DNA of 59,714 bases, counting the filler, from Platydemus manokwari (taxonomy: Eukaryota), in assembly GCA_037951405.1 (NCBI GenBank). It is 5 parts of 5 records of this genome, joined end to end, with 100 filler letters (N's around TTAATTAATTAA, not from the genome) between each part and the next. Parts side by side here need not be neighbours in the genome. Positions count along the whole stretch, not along the records: positions 1 to 14,165 come from JBBMOY011512525.1; positions 14,266 to 22,895 come from JBBMOY011347427.1; positions 22,996 to 33,544 come from JBBMOY011125108.1; 2 more parts are not named here. One strand, 5' to 3'. The translations under genes and the position numbers were made by a program. Positions 13,658-25,199 of this stretch are shown piece after piece; position 1 is the stretch's first letter; the number at the start of each line of letters is the position of its first letter. The notes under the pieces are model-generated. The model made no database searches. It saw nothing but the letters and a program-made list of their open reading frames with translations, and was not told the DNA's origin.

Positions 13658-13930
13658 CTGAAATGAAAAATGAGTAGAACGAATTTAGCAACTGTTAAAT
13701 CTTTTAAAAATCTATTTATAGAACATCTTGTCTAAAAATAGAATGTCACCTCATATCGATCACGATCAATATCGACGCTAAGGCAATCCCCTAAAATTAC
13801 CATGGTGACTCATTAATAATGACGTAAATGATATGTAATACTTGTAGCTTGTTTACTTTCTTGTAACCAGCCTGTCTACGAGAGGTTGTGGGTAACAAAA
13901 CTATATGTTGTAACTTAAAAAAATAAAATT

Positions 13931-14092
13931 GTGTACTAAAAATACACAGCTATTCGCATAAATATTTGTACAGAACAACTCAAATGTTCACATAAATATA
14001 TGTACAAAACTCAACTGTTCACATGAATTTCCGGTCAGAACAACACGACAAACACATAAAAACGTGCACAAAACAACACAACTATTCACACC
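13931..14092. repeat. Degenerate ~31-34 bp minisatellite near the contig end
   Basis: About 5 units resembling GTACAGAACAACTCAAATGTTCACATAAATATAT. Confidence 0.65.
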
Positions 14093-14165
14093 AAAAAACT
14101 ATATTTAAATGTCTGTGTATTACGGGCCCAAAAGTGGAATAAAGAACATTGTGGCCGGACAGGCA

Positions 14166-14265
14166 NNNNNNNNNNNNNNNNNNNNNNNNNNNNNNNNNNN
14201 NNNNNNNNNTTAATTAATTAANNNNNNNNNNNNNNNNNNNNNNNNNNNNNNNNNNNNNNNNNNNN
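14166..14265. other. Artificial contig spacer (44N-TTAATTAATTAA-44N)
   Basis: The identical 100-bp structure occurs four times. The 12-mer carries stops in all six frames. Confidence 0.97.
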
Positions 14266-14630
14266 AAACAACGAAAATCTTTTAGTTCAGCAAAGAAAAA
14301 AGAAATTATTGAATTAGCTCGTCAGTTAGGAAACACACGGGAAGTTGCAAGACGGTATGATATTAATGAAACTGTTATTCAACGATGGATCGCACAAGAG
14401 TCTGTTATCAGATTAATGAATCCAAATCGAAGATCTTTGCGTTGTGGTAACGCTAGATATCCGGAATTACACGAATGGATCCTTATTCAATGTAAACGAG
14501 AACTTCAAGTGTCGGTTGTTCGAATTCGTTTACAGGCACAAGTAATTGCCAAAGAGATGAAACTTGAAGGATTTCGCGAGCTCTCAATTGACTGATAATT
14601 TCATGAAACGCAAGAATATTTGTGTTCAAA
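14266..14630 (+). mobile_element. pogo/Tigger-family transposase N-terminal fragment (Brinker/psq-like HTH plus CENP-B HTH), truncated
   Basis: KQRKSFSSAKKKEIIELARQLGNTREVARRYDINETVIQRWIAQE...GNARYPELHEWILIQCKRELQVSVVRIRLQAQVIAKEMKLEGF, then a frameshift to DNFMKRKNI. No DDE domain. Confidence 0.85.
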
Positions 14631-15119
14631 ATCGTTCAAAGTGTAATTAAAACTTTGATTTCATTTTTTTTCTCATTGTTTTTTATTTTGAAATTCTGAT
14701 TAAAATATCCCAATATACATATAGAGTTATCACCACTGTTACTAGCGGATACTTCGCTTGTAATTGATGTTTCAACAGAAAAACTCTTTGTCTTAAAATT
14801 TATTTCATTACAAAACTTAACACAATTTTTTAAACAAAATATAATTCCAGAAAGTTTCGATATCGATCTTAATCAGATCTATATTTAACAATATTAAAAT
14901 AACTTTTAATTATCCTATTTTATATAATAAATTATAAAACATTATTTATTTATTATTTAAAATAATTTTCTTTAAAATCAAATATTTAAAATAATAATTT
15001 TAAAATTACATAAAAATTATTTTAAATTATTCCAAAAATTTAAAATTATTATCATTTAATTAAAATTAATGTTCACAACCAGCATTTGATGAGGAATTTT
15101 AATATAATTAAATTAGTTG

Positions 15120-15740
15120 TTTAGGCACCCGCTACTTTTTTTTTATCAAATACGCATTGAAAGAAAACAGAAAAGTCAGAACGTCAAAATTAAATTTTCA
15201 TTAAAATTATTAATGGTAAAGAAATCTGATTTAAACATTTTTCAAATTTCAATTCATTAGAAATCATCACACCACTCTTCCCTTAAAATCTTTGATTTTA
15301 TCTGAATTCTCTGTATAAAATTATTTATTATTATCTATATAAAAATTTCTATTTCTGCATATCTTCGCAATAACTTTTTATAACTTTTCTTTATCTTCTA
15401 CGTATCATATATATATCTTCTGCATATCATCTCTTTATCTTTTTTACATCTTCTTTATATCTTTTGATATCTGTGTTATATACCTTCCCTTTTTTATCTA
15501 TATCTTCTATACAACTTCGCCATATCTTCTTTACATCATTTCTATATCTTTCCTTGCCGTGTACATTCTCAGAATCGAAACCGAATTATTGGTCACCACC
15601 TAAGCCGCAAATATTTATTTAAAGAACGCATTTAAAACAAACTGAAAAGTGGCAACACCAAAATTATATTTTATTTCCAATAATTTAAACAAATATTAAT
15701 TTTTTCAAATTTAAATTTATTATAAATCCTCATACTTGTC
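15120..15740 (+). repeat. Dispersed repeat with an internal duplication (15140-15280 vs 15620-15740) and degenerate ATATCTTCT tandem tracts
   Basis: ACGCATTGAAAGAAAACAGAAAAGTCAGAACGTCAAAATT vs ACGCATTTAAAACAAACTGAAAAGTGGCAACACCAAAATT. A related copy lies inverted at 19170-19510. Confidence 0.6.
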
Positions 15741-18700
15741 ATGCCCACTTGTCACAAACCAAGGAAATACAATCACGAATTCTATCGTTGAACTATTTAA
15801 AATAATTGTTACCGTTTCAACATGGATAGCCTTCATAATCATTACAATGTCTAAACAGAATAAATAGTTGGTTGAGACTTACTTCAGTAGTCCTATGAAT
15901 TACCTTCATTTCCACGATAACAATAACTCAATAAATAAACAAAACATTTATGAACTTCATTTATTCTTAACAATTGTGTCGATATTATTTTCCACATGCT
16001 ATTTTCACAAATGATTTTCGCTTTGTATTTTTAATTTTTCTAAAAATATTACAAAGAAATTTGAAACTCCCTTAAGTATTTTCGAATTTAACCATCTTTT
16101 ATCATCATCATGTATATAATAATCGAAAATCGACTGGGATCAATTATTATAATTATTTAATTGTTATCCCAATTTTGACGTATGGAAATCCTCGATATTC
16201 AATTCCTAAAGGTCAATCATAATATTAATAAACAAGTTTCGTATTGGCTGATTTATGTGAATCCATGAACGAGAATATTATCGAAAATTGTCTGAAAGAT
16301 TGCAGAAAGATTTCTAAAAAAGGAAAAACTTATAACAACATTTCCTACTCAATTTGTAAATTCATTTGCCTTCAATCGTTTGAAGAAAGCTGTAAAATAT
16401 TAAGTGTATGTTATAAAACGAAAAAAAAGTAAAGAACAATAATAAAAGCTGTCACATTCTAAGGAACTATCGAACAATAATCAAAGTCCATATCATTACA
16501 TCAATACAGTGAATAACAACATTTTCTAAATGAGTTATTGTCAATGGTATGTCGCATAACAATATGCATCGAAACAGTCATATAAATTCTAAGAGCTCCC
16601 AATCCCTGTGCAATTCTGTCAACAGAGACGCCACGGGAAAAAACTAATAATTGATAGGAAAATTAATTGTCAATATTACATTTGACGAATTCATTGAGGC
16701 ATGGTTTATAACTTCTTGTTGGAAATGTGATTATTTACGCCTGAACACGAACCATTTACATCCAATTATTTATGGCATGGGAATTTCTCTTTGTCTAGCA
16801 AGCAGTGTCAGGGAATTTTGGATTTGAATATGAATTATACTAGCATTTCAATTGATTATTGTATTCTAAATTCGGTAATGCAATTATTATTATTATTATT
16901 GTGAGCAGCACCAACAAGTGTCTCTCATTCATGAATAGCGTATGAATTTTAATTGTTTCAATTGTCGGTTCAAATTATAGCTCTCGTTAATAAAGCCGAT
17001 ATGAAAATAATCGCTAATTGTCTTTTTTTATTAAGATTATCACGTGAATTGATATGGGAATTGGAAGCTTATTCGATGTAGAGAATTATAAATGAACGAG
17101 CTTATATATTTACATAATTATATGTTTAGTCATGACTATATTATTATGATTTATACACATTCTATATATCGTGTATATACAGTCTAATGTGATCTCCGAT
17201 GTTTAAAGAAAAACAATAGGATTAACCTGATATTTTAAAAAAATAATGACATTAATTAATAATTATTTATAGTTTACTATATTTTTATAGGAAACTTTGA
17301 TATCTCTGAGAATTGAAATATCTTAAATAGCCCTTTAATAAACTGAACTGGTAGCACCGTCAAACAAATTAGCCTGTTTCTCATAAACGGTTATTTATTA
17401 AAATATAAACTCTATATATTTTTAATAAATTAAGATCAAACCAAATTTACTAAAATGACTTTCAAAATTTCTAAAAACCTAATGTTTAAAATTATCATAT
17501 TCTTCAATATTAGAAGCAATTTTAAAAATTGTTTTTTATTAATATGAATATATAAAGATATAAATTTTATGATTTTATATGATAATTTTTATTAATTATG
17601 ATTTATTTTATACGAAATATCAACTTTAAAAACGAAATTTTTATTCATCACTGCTATTATTGACATTTAATTGCCACGATGGTGTTTATTCAAAATGATA
17701 ATTTTGAAAATTTATCATCACAAAAAGTACTTCAAATTAGCTTCAACTCAAAATTTTGTGTTCAACTTTATTTGACGAAAATAACATATAGTTCATTAAA
17801 AATGAATTTTCATTGAGTATGTTAACTATCTATCAGCTATATCGTTATTTTTGAAAGTGGTTTTGAAAATAATTAGTTAAAGCACGATTCAGACAATAAG
17901 CTATGGTCACTTTGTATGTCTAGTAGTTATGATAACCACATGATTTGAAGAAAAGAAGTTACTACGATCTCGAAATGAAGACAATCAGACGTAGCACAAT
18001 TTCAAATATATTTGATATAGTATTTCAGTAATGGAGACAGAAAGATTATTAATGTATATTTTGGACACCAGTTAACTATTCATCTTAACTATACCATTAT
18101 CAAATATAAATAAATTAATTGAAAGCAAAGAACGATGAAATTTGTGAATATCTACTTAAATAATCATTCCGATTTAAACTGAATTACTTACTGAGTCAGA
18201 ACAATGGAGATTCATAGAACACCAACCACTGGCACCAGAAGTTCAGCCATTCAGAAGAATTTATATCGTCGATGATAGTGAAAGTTAATTCTTAGTTTGA
18301 TAAATATAGAATGATTTATAACATATTACTAGATGATTATTAACAATCAAAAAATAAATTATAAATATGATGTGATTGTTTTGAAGAATTATTTGTTGTT
18401 AGGTTATTGGTTTTGATTTTGATTATTTTCAGCTACCATGTGATTTAGAGGACAAAAATAGTCTTCGGTAAAGGATATTTTAGTGTGCATAGTCTGTATT
18501 TGCTTAATCAATTCATAGATGAGTCTCTCTTTTGATCAGTCAATGGAGAAGTTTTGGATCTCTCCATCATTTGTATCACTAAGGTAACTGAAGATATATA
18601 TTAGAAAAATGAAATGCTTTGAGGACGAATGTTAAGTTTGGTCCATAGAAATAAGTATTGAACACGTAGGCGTCTTTTAAAGATATCCGGAAATAGACAA

Positions 18701-19169
18701 ATAGTTTAAATTCTAAAAATAGTAAAATATTTTAAAGCCTAATTTTTGGCGCGTAAATTATATAAATTGTTAAGGATATACGGATTTTTTATTGAACCAA
18801 AGGTAATCTCAACATTTAATACAACATTACACCGTTTTTGTAATCCTTTCTACTTATCACAGTCTTAAAAATCTCGAAGCCACTAATAAATAATTCACTC
18901 ACTGACCTTTTAAACACATTCACCATCACTTGTCATTTTATGACGAATACTTATTGTGAGAATTTTTAAATGAATTCAATTTTAAAGATTTTATTCATAT
19001 TTTATATAAAATCATATTAATTTGTTTATCTAATTGCCTTTCAAAATGTTTGTCAAAAATTTGATGTCGTGACTTCTCAGATCGTTTTAAATATGTGGTA
19101 CATATAGTAAGAGTAGCTTAAATGGCAATCACGAATCTGGATTCGATTCTAAGAAATTATTAAATGAAA

Positions 19170-19510
19170 TTTATAGAAGAGGCAGAAGATATTGAGAATA
19201 TATCAAGAATATTTAATGGAAATACAAAAAAGATATAAAGAAGTTAGAAGATTTAAATATTTTTATGTAAATATATTTCCAGAGTATTCGATACAGAGAC
19301 GATTAAGAATACAGATAAAATCAAAGATTTTAAAGAAAGCGTGATGTGAGAATTTGAAATTAAATTAAAACTTTAAAAGGTTTAAATTTCTATGAAATAT
19401 GGTTTCATATCAAATTATATTTATAATCGTATTGAACTACATTTTTTTCAGTGTCGTGCCTTTTAAGTTCTTTTTAGATGCTGGGTTTTTTAAACAATTG
19501 TAGTGGCTTA
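19170..19510 (-). repeat. Inverted, diverged copy of the 15120-15560 repeat
   Basis: CAGATAAAATCAAAGATTTTAAG (~19312-19334) is the exact reverse complement of CTTAAAATCTTTGATTTTATCTG (~15282-15304), with patchy flanking similarity. Confidence 0.65.
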
Positions 19511-19800
19511 CAATCATGATTGTTATCTATGATTATATAATTATTATTGTCATGAAAATATCGTAATCCTTTGCTCCGGCTCTCCAACCTTAGATTTTTA
19601 TTTAAGCATTCGAGAGCTCTAAACTTTCTTTCAAAGTTTATGAAAGTTTGAGAGATTATTATAATAATTATTATATCATCTATAATGATTATTATAAATA
19701 ATAATAATATTATTAATTACCATTATTATTACCATTTTCATTATTATTGATAATATTGTTATAATGAAAAATTATAATTATTGTATGCTAAACTATAGAT

Positions 19801-20028
19801 CAGGGGTCTCCAAAGTACGGCCCGCCAAGCTTACTATGAAACACACAAACATTATGACAAAAATCTTGCTACAGATCACGGTTGTCTGAGGAACATTTAA
19901 ATGACTTATTAATGATTTCAACTACTCATTTTGAACCGCAATTTTTGTAAACCTATCATAGTTTTGGCCCTCCAAATTTTAAAAAATCAGCAATGTGGCC
20001 CTTTGCTGAAAAAATTTGGAGACCTCTG
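19801..20028. mobile_element. Non-autonomous hAT (Charlie-group) MITE, 228 bp
   Basis: TIRs CAGGGGTCTCCAAA / TTTGGAGACCTCTG match at 13/14. Perfect 8-bp TSD CTATAGAT at 19793-19800 and 20029-20036. Subterminal GGCCC motifs. Confidence 0.93.
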
Positions 20029-20576
20029 CTATAGATCATAGATGCATGTATAACAGATAAGCTATGTGAATATTCATCACATCAATTAATATAATCCTGT
20101 TTTAATTTTCCCTTACTATTATTATGGTTTGTTTATATTTTTTAAATGTATATTACCGATGAAAACAAGCACAAAACCAATCTGAATATGATATCGAGCA
20201 ATTTTGTTATTTCTGTTCTCGCCTCTTCTAATCTATCAACTGTACTTGTTTCCTTTCATTCACAAATAAAATAAGCAAACACGTTAAAAATTATAAAAAT
20301 GAAATTCATCTCCCAATATTTAATATTACCAAATGGAAATAATATATTAGTTCGATTTAAGATATCACTTGTGGATTAATTGTCTCGTGCAAACTAACTA
20401 TGCTGTATGGTAGACAATTAAGTCCAGATGTTCCTCATTTTCTAGAATTATTAAAGCCACTGGAATTATTAAAGAGAATATTGATGTTTCACAAAAACTA
20501 TTGATATTATATTTCCAATTTGATTAAATAATAATATCAATATATTGGGATTATTTCATTATTAGTGCAGTTTTAA

Positions 20577-20915
20577 ATTGGTAATGATCTATACCGGAAT
20601 GTTCTGTACTGGATTGCCATGACATTTACGAAATGATATGCGTCGGATGTTCACTGTGATTACGCAATCACATACACTGGCTGGCTACGATGATTACACA
20701 AGGACAAATACCGGAGGGTCGTGATAAGTGTGCAACGACCTGCACAAGGTGACCATGCTGATTACATAACGACCTACTCCAGGCTGTTGAGATAAGAACC
20801 TATCGGATGGTCGCGGCAATTATGTAATGATCTATAACGGAGAGTCGTGATAAGTGCGTCATGATTTGTATCTGATGGCCATGATGATTTCTCAATGACC
20901 TGCACTGGGTTACCT
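20577..20915. repeat. Degenerate 34-bp minisatellite, about 10 units
   Basis: Consecutive 34-nt units include gattacgcaatcacatacactggctggctacgat, gattacacaaggacaaataccggagggtcgtgat, aagtgtgcaacgacctgcacaaggtgaccatgct and gattacataacgacctactccaggctgttgagat. Confidence 0.8.
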
Positions 20916-21132
20916 TTACAACTTTCATCACTTTTTCGACTGTACTTTGCACTGTTAAATATTTGATGGTCAAAATATGAAAAAAGCTATTTTAATGGAA
21001 TATTATTTACTGAAATTAATTATGGAGGTTCTGTGGCATATCTATAGATCAGAATGTCAGCAGTGTTTATTCCCGGCATTAATATTGTTTATAGTTTTAT
21101 TGTCAAGTGTTTCCGTACGTTTTACACTTTAT

Positions 21133-21186
21133 TTAATGACCGAAACTGGTAATCAAACTCATCAGATTACACCAGTCGGTCATTGA
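21133..21186. ncRNA. Stem-loop with pre-miRNA-like geometry (candidate only)
   Basis: The 22-nt arms TTAATGACCGAAACTGGTAATC and GATTACACCAGTCGGTCATTGA pair with two 2-nt bulges around a 10-nt loop. Confidence 0.25.
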
Positions 21187-22895
21187 TTTTCGTTAAATTG
21201 GGAATTTTTTAACATTCTGTCGCAATAGATCGAAATCGTTATTTGGAGAAAGTGATACTATTTATGACATTCGATCAATTTATGATTCATTGAAAAACTA
21301 CAAGATTCTTCAGTTCGACATCACGCACGATATATCGTTTGAAAATGAAAACAAAAACTGTTAGATGGATGACTGCAATTATATTTAACGACAATATCGA
21401 GTGAGATTCCAGCAGAATTTGAAATTAAATTAAACTTTCGAAACTGATCTACTGCGGAAATTGTTGTATTATTAACGGCAATGGAAATTTCTTTCAATGA
21501 AAATCGTTTCGCCAAATTCTCAGACTGGATGAGAAAATTTTGGATTTTTTGTAATTTTTATGCTTGGGCTTGAAATGGTTTTCAAATTCAGTGAAATTGT
21601 TGAATTTATTTTCTGAATATTATTTCGGGTCTTTGTTTAAATGTGCTAACTGGATTTGATTAATAGCATTGTAAAATGAATAGAGGTCTTTCATCATCAT
21701 GACAAATTGAATTGATTCTAAAGTACTCGCACAGTCATCATTTAAAATTTGCATTTTCATTACAAGTGTTGCTATCAAACTTTATAAGTTCATGAAGAGT
21801 AAATTATATATATGCGTATGTGTGTCTGTGTGTGTATTTTTTTCTTTCTATATTTTCTCTATCGTCTCTTCTAATACATTTCTGGTAAAGATCTTATTGA
21901 AAACGACTTTAATAAATCAAAATAAAAAAGTGGATATTTAATTTTATTGGCAGTTCATAATTTTTAAATATCAATATATTTTCAATTTAAAATAATCATT
22001 GTAGTATTGATTGAATTTTGAACTTGTTAAAGTATGTATGGTTTTTGATATGTTAATGATTGTGTGTATTCTGCACGCCTAAAACTTTTCTTTCATTGCA
22101 TGCTATCATAAGTTGTAATTGTGAGTTCTAAACTGTTGGTTATCAGTGCGCATATCGCATGCTTTAATATACGTAGGTTTTATTCAAATATAATGGGAAA
22201 TTTAACACCAAATGCATTTATTTAGTTCTATGCTCAACCTCAAACCAGCCCCATATAATTATGCAATTTAACACTCGTTTCTCACAAAACCAAAGCTACA
22301 TCTAGAGAAGATTTTCATCTCATGTATCATTTTGATAGAAAAATTTACACAAAATTTTGCTAAACCCTAATATTCCTTGAAATATATCACAGGTTCTTGT
22401 TTCAAGTTATTTTACTATTTTACCCAGACATATTTCTCTAAACCTACTACACACTATTATCAATAATTAAATTACAGCCGCTACGAACTCGTGAATCTAT
22501 AGCAAAAGTTAATAAACATAGTATCTCACACGATTCGATTCTTACTCTTGGTGAATGTTCTCTTAAATCAATATCAACCTATTTATATGAACAAAAATTC
22601 ATTCTAAATATTTAGTTTAGATCATTTTCATTTTATTTACAGAAATTGTGGCCAATGGAAATTTTATTTATTTAAGGGATTTTATTGGGTAAAAATATTT
22701 TCTGTTTTAATTAATTTTTCATTTTTTAATTATTTCATGATTAATTTTATTTGTTTTAATTAAAAATTATTTCTATTTATTATCACATATTGGCAACATC
22801 CGTACAATACTTCCAATCTGGTTCCCCTCTGATTTCAGGAAACGAAAGAATAATCTTTATCATAAACTATGAAAAACAATTTATTAATATCACTA

Positions 22896-22995
22896 NNNNN
22901 NNNNNNNNNNNNNNNNNNNNNNNNNNNNNNNNNNNNNNNTTAATTAATTAANNNNNNNNNNNNNNNNNNNNNNNNNNNNNNNNNNNNNNNNNNNN
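22896..22995. other. Artificial contig spacer
   Basis: 44N-TTAATTAATTAA-44N. Confidence 0.97.
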
Positions 22996-25199
22996 TGTTT
23001 AAATGATTTGGTAAAACAAAAACTTTAAACAACTAAAAAACATGAATAACTTTTGACTCAGCCTAATATAATTATTTGTATAATTAAAATGTTTATTTAA
23101 GTTCATACGATTTTGGTAAAGAACGATTACATTTCTAGTTACAGGTTGTGTAGAGGAGTCATGAATGAATGTGCTATCGCGGTTTGAAATATTAGCTTAT
23201 ATTCAATCAAACCATCCTTTGTAAAAAGACAGTTTGGTTTTGATAATCATTTTTGATCAAAACACTCAACACTTGATGAGTTTAGAGTTCTGTAATTAAT
23301 GATTCTGAACTGTCTATCAGGATTGTCGTAGAAAATCTTCACATGTTACATCACTAACTTCAGGAGTATATTAATAATTATTTCCCAACATATAATTAAA
23401 TAATAAATGATAAATTATATGTACAGCATTAAATAAAACATTTTATTAATCAGCAATCGTGATGATAAAGATTCTGCCTGGAAATAGAAAACCCTTTAGA
23501 AGATGAGAAACAATTTGACATACCGATATGCAGACAGACAAACATATTATAATAATTGTGTAATATTATATTATTTCTGATGACAGTATACACCAACAAT
23601 AAAGAGTGCATATAGTATTCATCCATTGGTGTTTCATTTTCTTTCAACACCTTATTGGATGATATGAACCATAAAATATTAGATTGCTAATGACAACACT
23701 GGCTATAATATTATGTTAATAGTTTGTAATTACGTGCACACACACACACTCTCGTTAAAGAAATTTGGAGAAATTATCGATTTTAGAATGACTTATAATT
23801 AATGAGATCTCGTACAAAAAATCGATACCATACATTTGCTAGTACAAGATCCCCCTCAATCATATCATGACAATACTTAATTTGTGTTGAAAACCGGAAA
23901 TATTTTGATGGGAAAACTTCTGGCAACGTTGTAGCCGACAAAAATCAACATTGATCGGATAAATAATTTAGTGTTTATCATTAACTTTATATATCGGCAT
24001 TATATAACTGGTCTGATATTGATTTATCGATGAACAATATTGGAAAAGAGTGAAGCCGACCAGGTTAAAATTTGTCTTTTTCTCTCTGTATTTTTGGGAA
24101 ATGTTCGCAATTTGAAGAAAACTCTGAAATGGATTTGGCATATTTAGGATCGGATTAATAATTGTTCCAATAATTGCTCCAATAATTTCTCAACACAATG
24201 CACTTGAAATAGAAGAAAATAAAACCCAATAACTATTTAGTCGAGTACAACAATAAGATTGAAAGAAAATTTTGGTACTCCAGATATTTTCGTTAACTTG
24301 TTCTCGTACAGGCAGTAATTGTGAAAGAAGAAATTGATTTGACTACTGTTGAAAGTGTAATAACAGACGCATCCAATTTTCACTTCTGTAAGAAGAGTAT
24401 TCCATCTACTAATTTATCCCCTTTTTCATAGAAAATCATAAAATATGTTGTCGATTCAATTAGGTAGTTTATAGTTTACTCTCAAATATTATTAATAATG
24501 ATCATTTTCTGGTGTCTATCTGGAAGATTTTAACAGTTATTGATGATGCTATCCCCATCGACGTCAACATCTTCAAGTTTACAATGGTTGCGATGTTATA
24601 ATTAATATCGTTATAATATTGATAATAATTCATTTATTAATTTATCGTTAATCGATGAAAATATTAAATAATATAATAAAATATACACAGTGTAAATCAA
24701 TAAAATAAATTAAATTAATCAATGGCAATAATTGATTTTAAGTTGCTGAAGAATGTTATCATGGTAATATTTCATAAAAACCCCGTGGTAAAAGAAGTCA
24801 TATGTTTCTTATTTGATCCCAGAAACCATCGCTGATCAAAAAAGAAATGGATATACGCAATGATGTGTCCCTTTAGATAAGTTTTTACTTCTTTTCATAC
24901 CAAATGCAGAAATGAAGAAATGTTTATTAATTGAGGTGGAATCCCTGCTTCAAAATCTTTTACTTTTCCAAAATTGATTTTCCTGCTCTATTTCTAATGG
25001 TATTCGTGACGCATTTATAGAGACTGTAATAATGCATCATAATAAATATTTATCCAATCACAAGTGGAGTGCTATTAATAATGTTGGGTCCTCAACAATT
25101 AATTAAGCTCTGACTCCAAAATAGAAGGCAAATAATATATATTATTGTGTACTAATCAGTCCACTTACACAAACTATACTTCACAAAATATCAACCAAA

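Noticed and set aside
15813-15997. Minus-strand mini-exons (15850-15813, donors at 15903 or 15882) as the 5' end of the 13657 exon gene
   Set aside because: They are phase-compatible but lie across an artificial spacer, so the linkage is unsupported.
20577-20915. CRISPR-like periodicity
   Set aside because: There is no constant repeat with unique spacers, no cas genes, and the context is eukaryotic.
21133-21186. Hammerhead ribozyme (CTGATGAG and CGAAAC both present)
   Set aside because: The two core motifs lie on opposite strands.
23400-24600. Coding-like minus-strand stretch with a possible 46-nt intron near 23478-23523
   Set aside because: Stops interrupt the frames I read, and no coherent model or recognisable motif emerged.
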